In this document: positions 62,185-64,000 of the stretch, piece by piece
How positions within the stretch are numbered: the first letter of the stretch is position 1
Layout of the letters: every line of letters begins with the position of its first letter
The notes under the pieces: generated by a model
What the model was told of the DNA's origin: nothing
The model's input: the letters and a program-made list of their open reading frames with translations, nothing else
The model's database searches: none
Assembly (NCBI GenBank): GCA_010909165.1
Contig: MU008163.1
Location: 248,001-312,000 of the forward strand
Length of the DNA: 64,000 nt
Origin: Anthoceros angustus
Lineage: Eukaryota; Plantae; Anthocerotophyta
Reading direction: 5' to 3'
Translations under genes and position numbers: made by a program

Positions 62185-64000
62185 TCAATGTCGATCCCCG
62201 CAATTGCAAGATCCATTGACAAAGCGGTGGACACGATGTGCATCTCTGACGATGATCTCTCGATTCTCGAGATTTGACATGATCTTCGTACTACTATGGC
62301 AGTCGTTGCACATCCGAAGGTTTTTTGTTACCAGCAAAGTGGCGCCATCCGGAGTATTTAGCAAGCCATACGCCAATGCCAGTTTCTCAGCATGTCCACA
62401 CAAGGCATCTTCCTTCTCCTGTTCCGACACTGGCTTCAGCACCAAGGCCGTTTGTGGCACGTGGCCACCTTCCTCCTTCAACCTCGTGTTCACGCTCCGC
62501 ACCTTTGATGAGATATCAACCCTGCCTTCTCCCACGGTGAACTCGTGCACTTTGTTGTTCACTTCGATGCCGGCCTTGGCAGGCTTTTTCCGAGCACCTG
62601 CAGACTTTCTCATGCTTTCTATCCGATCTACGTCTGTCCTCCTGCCTGCGCTCGCATATATGTTGGCCAAGAGCACGTAGGAACTTGCATGCTCAGGTTC
62701 CAATTCTACAAGACGGTCGAAACATCGCCTTCCACGGTCTACGTCTCCATGGTTCTTGCAAGCACTGAGCAAAGATTTCCAGGCCACAAAGTCGTTCTCA
62801 AACCTTGTAGATAGGATCATATCTTCAGCCTCTGCGAGATGGCCTGATCTTGCGATTAGGTCAACCATGCAGCTATGGTGCTGATCAGTTGGAACAATGC
62901 CATACGTGTCCACCATCGTTCTGAAATATTGCCTGCCTTCAGAGACCAGGCCTGCATGGCTGCATGCCACAAGCAGGCAGATGAAGCTGGTGGCATCTGG
63001 CTGTACACCTTGGTGAAGCATCTCTTCAAAACATTCCATGGCCATTTGCCCGTCACCGTGTTCTGCATAGCCATTGAGCAGGGCACTCCATGTTACCACA
63101 TCTCTTGCTGGCAATCTGTCGAATACCCTTCTGGCGTCCCCCATACTTCCACATTTTGCGTACATGTTCACCAGGGAGTTGCCGACTTGCACGTCTGCAA
63201 GGAGACCCATTTCCTCTATTTGCACATGAAGTCCCTTTCCTTGATGCAGGGCGCCCAAAGTTGCACACGCTTGAAGGAGGCACACAAATGTGACATGGTT
63301 AGCTGGAGTCATGCCCTCTAGCTGCATAGCTGCATAAAGATCCAGTGCTTCCTGCCCCATTCCCTGCTGGGAGTATCCTGCGATCATGGCAGTCCATGTA
63401 ACCACGTCTTTCTTCGTCAGGTTGTCAAAGATGCTGCGAGCATCCTTCAAGCTCCCGCATTTTGCATACATGTCAACCAGGCTGCTGCCAACAGATACAT
63501 CAGCTTCCAGACCACCTGCACGAATCTGCGCGTGAACCTGCTTCCCCTGATGCAGCCGTCCCACAGTGGCGCATGCTTCAAGGAGGGACACAAAAGTAGT
63601 TTGATTGGCCGGAGTCAAGCCATCTGCTTGCATGGTGTCGTACAGATCAAGAGCTTCTTGACCGAGCCCTCGCTGAGCATATCCTGCAATGATCGTATTC
63701 CATGTCACAATATCTCTTGTGCGTAAACCATTAAACACTCTCCGAGCATCCTCCAAGCTACCACATTTCAAATACATTTCAACGAGACAGTTACCAACAA
63801 GTAAATCTCCTTCCAGCCCTCGTTGTTTAACCTGTGTATGAAGGCCCTTGCCCAGGTGCAGAGATTTTAAACTACCGCATGCTTTCAGGAGATAAAGAAA
63901 CGTGACACGATCAGGTGGAGTCATGCCCTCTTGTTGCATGGTACTATACAGAGCAAGGGCTTCCTGTCCAAGCCCATTCTGAGAATATCCTGCAATCATA
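62185..64000 (-). CDS. PLS-class PPR protein with E1-E2 and a DYW:KP deaminase-like domain ending DRH; 5' end beyond the window
   Basis: Visible (P-L-S)x3, P2-L2-S2, E1, E2; KKPAKAGIEV in place of the PG box, shortened gate region, HAEKLALAYGLL, CNDCH, terminal CNCGDRH*; uninterrupted 604-aa ORF. Confidence 0.95.
   Translation of the reverse strand, partial: MIAGYSQNGLGQEALALYSTMQQEGMTPPDRVTFLYLLKACGSLKSLHLGKGLHTQVKQRGLEGDLLVGNCLVEMYLKCGSLEDARRVFNGLRTRDIVTWNTIIAGYAQRGLGQEALDLYDTMQADGLTPANQTTFVSLLEACATVGRLHQGKQVHAQIRAGGLEADVSVGSSLVDMYAKCGSLKDARSIFDNLTKKDVVTWTAMIAGYSQQGMGQEALDLYAAMQLEGMTPANHVTFVCLLQACATLGALHQGKGLHVQIEEMGLLADVQVGNSLVNMYAKCGSMGDARRVFDRLPARDVVTWSALLNGYAEHGDGQMAMECFEEMLHQGVQPDATSFICLLVACSHAGLVSEGRQYFRTMVDTYGIVPTDQHHSCMVDLIARSGHLAEAEDMILSTRFENDFVAWKSLLSACKNHGDVDRGRRCFDRLVELEPEHASSYVLLANIYASAGRRTDVDRIESMRKSAGARKKPAKAGIEVNNKVHEFTVGEGRVDISSKVRSVNTRLKEEGGHVPQTALVLKPVSEQEKEDALCGHAEKLALAYGLLNTPDGATLLVTKNLRMCNDCHSSTKIMSNLENREIIVRDAHRVHRFVNGSCNCGDRH

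Noticed and set aside
62120-63726. Overlapping plus-strand and alternative-frame ORFs within the PPR gene
   Set aside because: They are shadow ORFs of the PPR coding sequence.

Overview
Land-plant nuclear DNA. A DYW:KP-type PPR protein ending in DRH and short 80-150 nt introns suggest a hornwort, with a fern or lycophyte also possible (inference). (1) 1-31,648: a GC-rich head-to-tail array of one Ty3/gypsy Athila-like (non-chromovirus) LTR retrotransposon family. It has three full ~1.2-kb LTRs, two partial LTRs, a tRNA-Asp-type PBS, gag-PR-RT-RH-INT and a long extra sense ORF. It is full of small indels and backward jumps at microhomologies, so part of the structure may be an assembly or polishing artefact. 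(2) 31.65-35.4 kb: a Copia remnant with an internal inversion, and a lone diverged copy of the extra ORF. (3) 37-54 kb: mostly broken gene copies (pseudouridine-5'-phosphate glycosidase, SYP5 SNARE, second GH17, STR7/TrhO rhodanese, TMEM120, and a trypsin-like protease forming a ~1.6-kb foldback), with an intact GH17 beta-1,3-glucanase and a MASS-like small protein. (4) 55-64 kb: an intact 8-exon EB1, an orphan coiled-coil plus beta-barrel ORF next to 20-bp repeats, and the 3' part of a PLS-E-DYW:KP (DRH) PPR gene, a candidate reverse U-to-C organellar RNA editor. No rRNA, tRNA or CRISPR features were seen. All identifications come from motif recognition by eye; no searches were run, and most coordinates are approximate.
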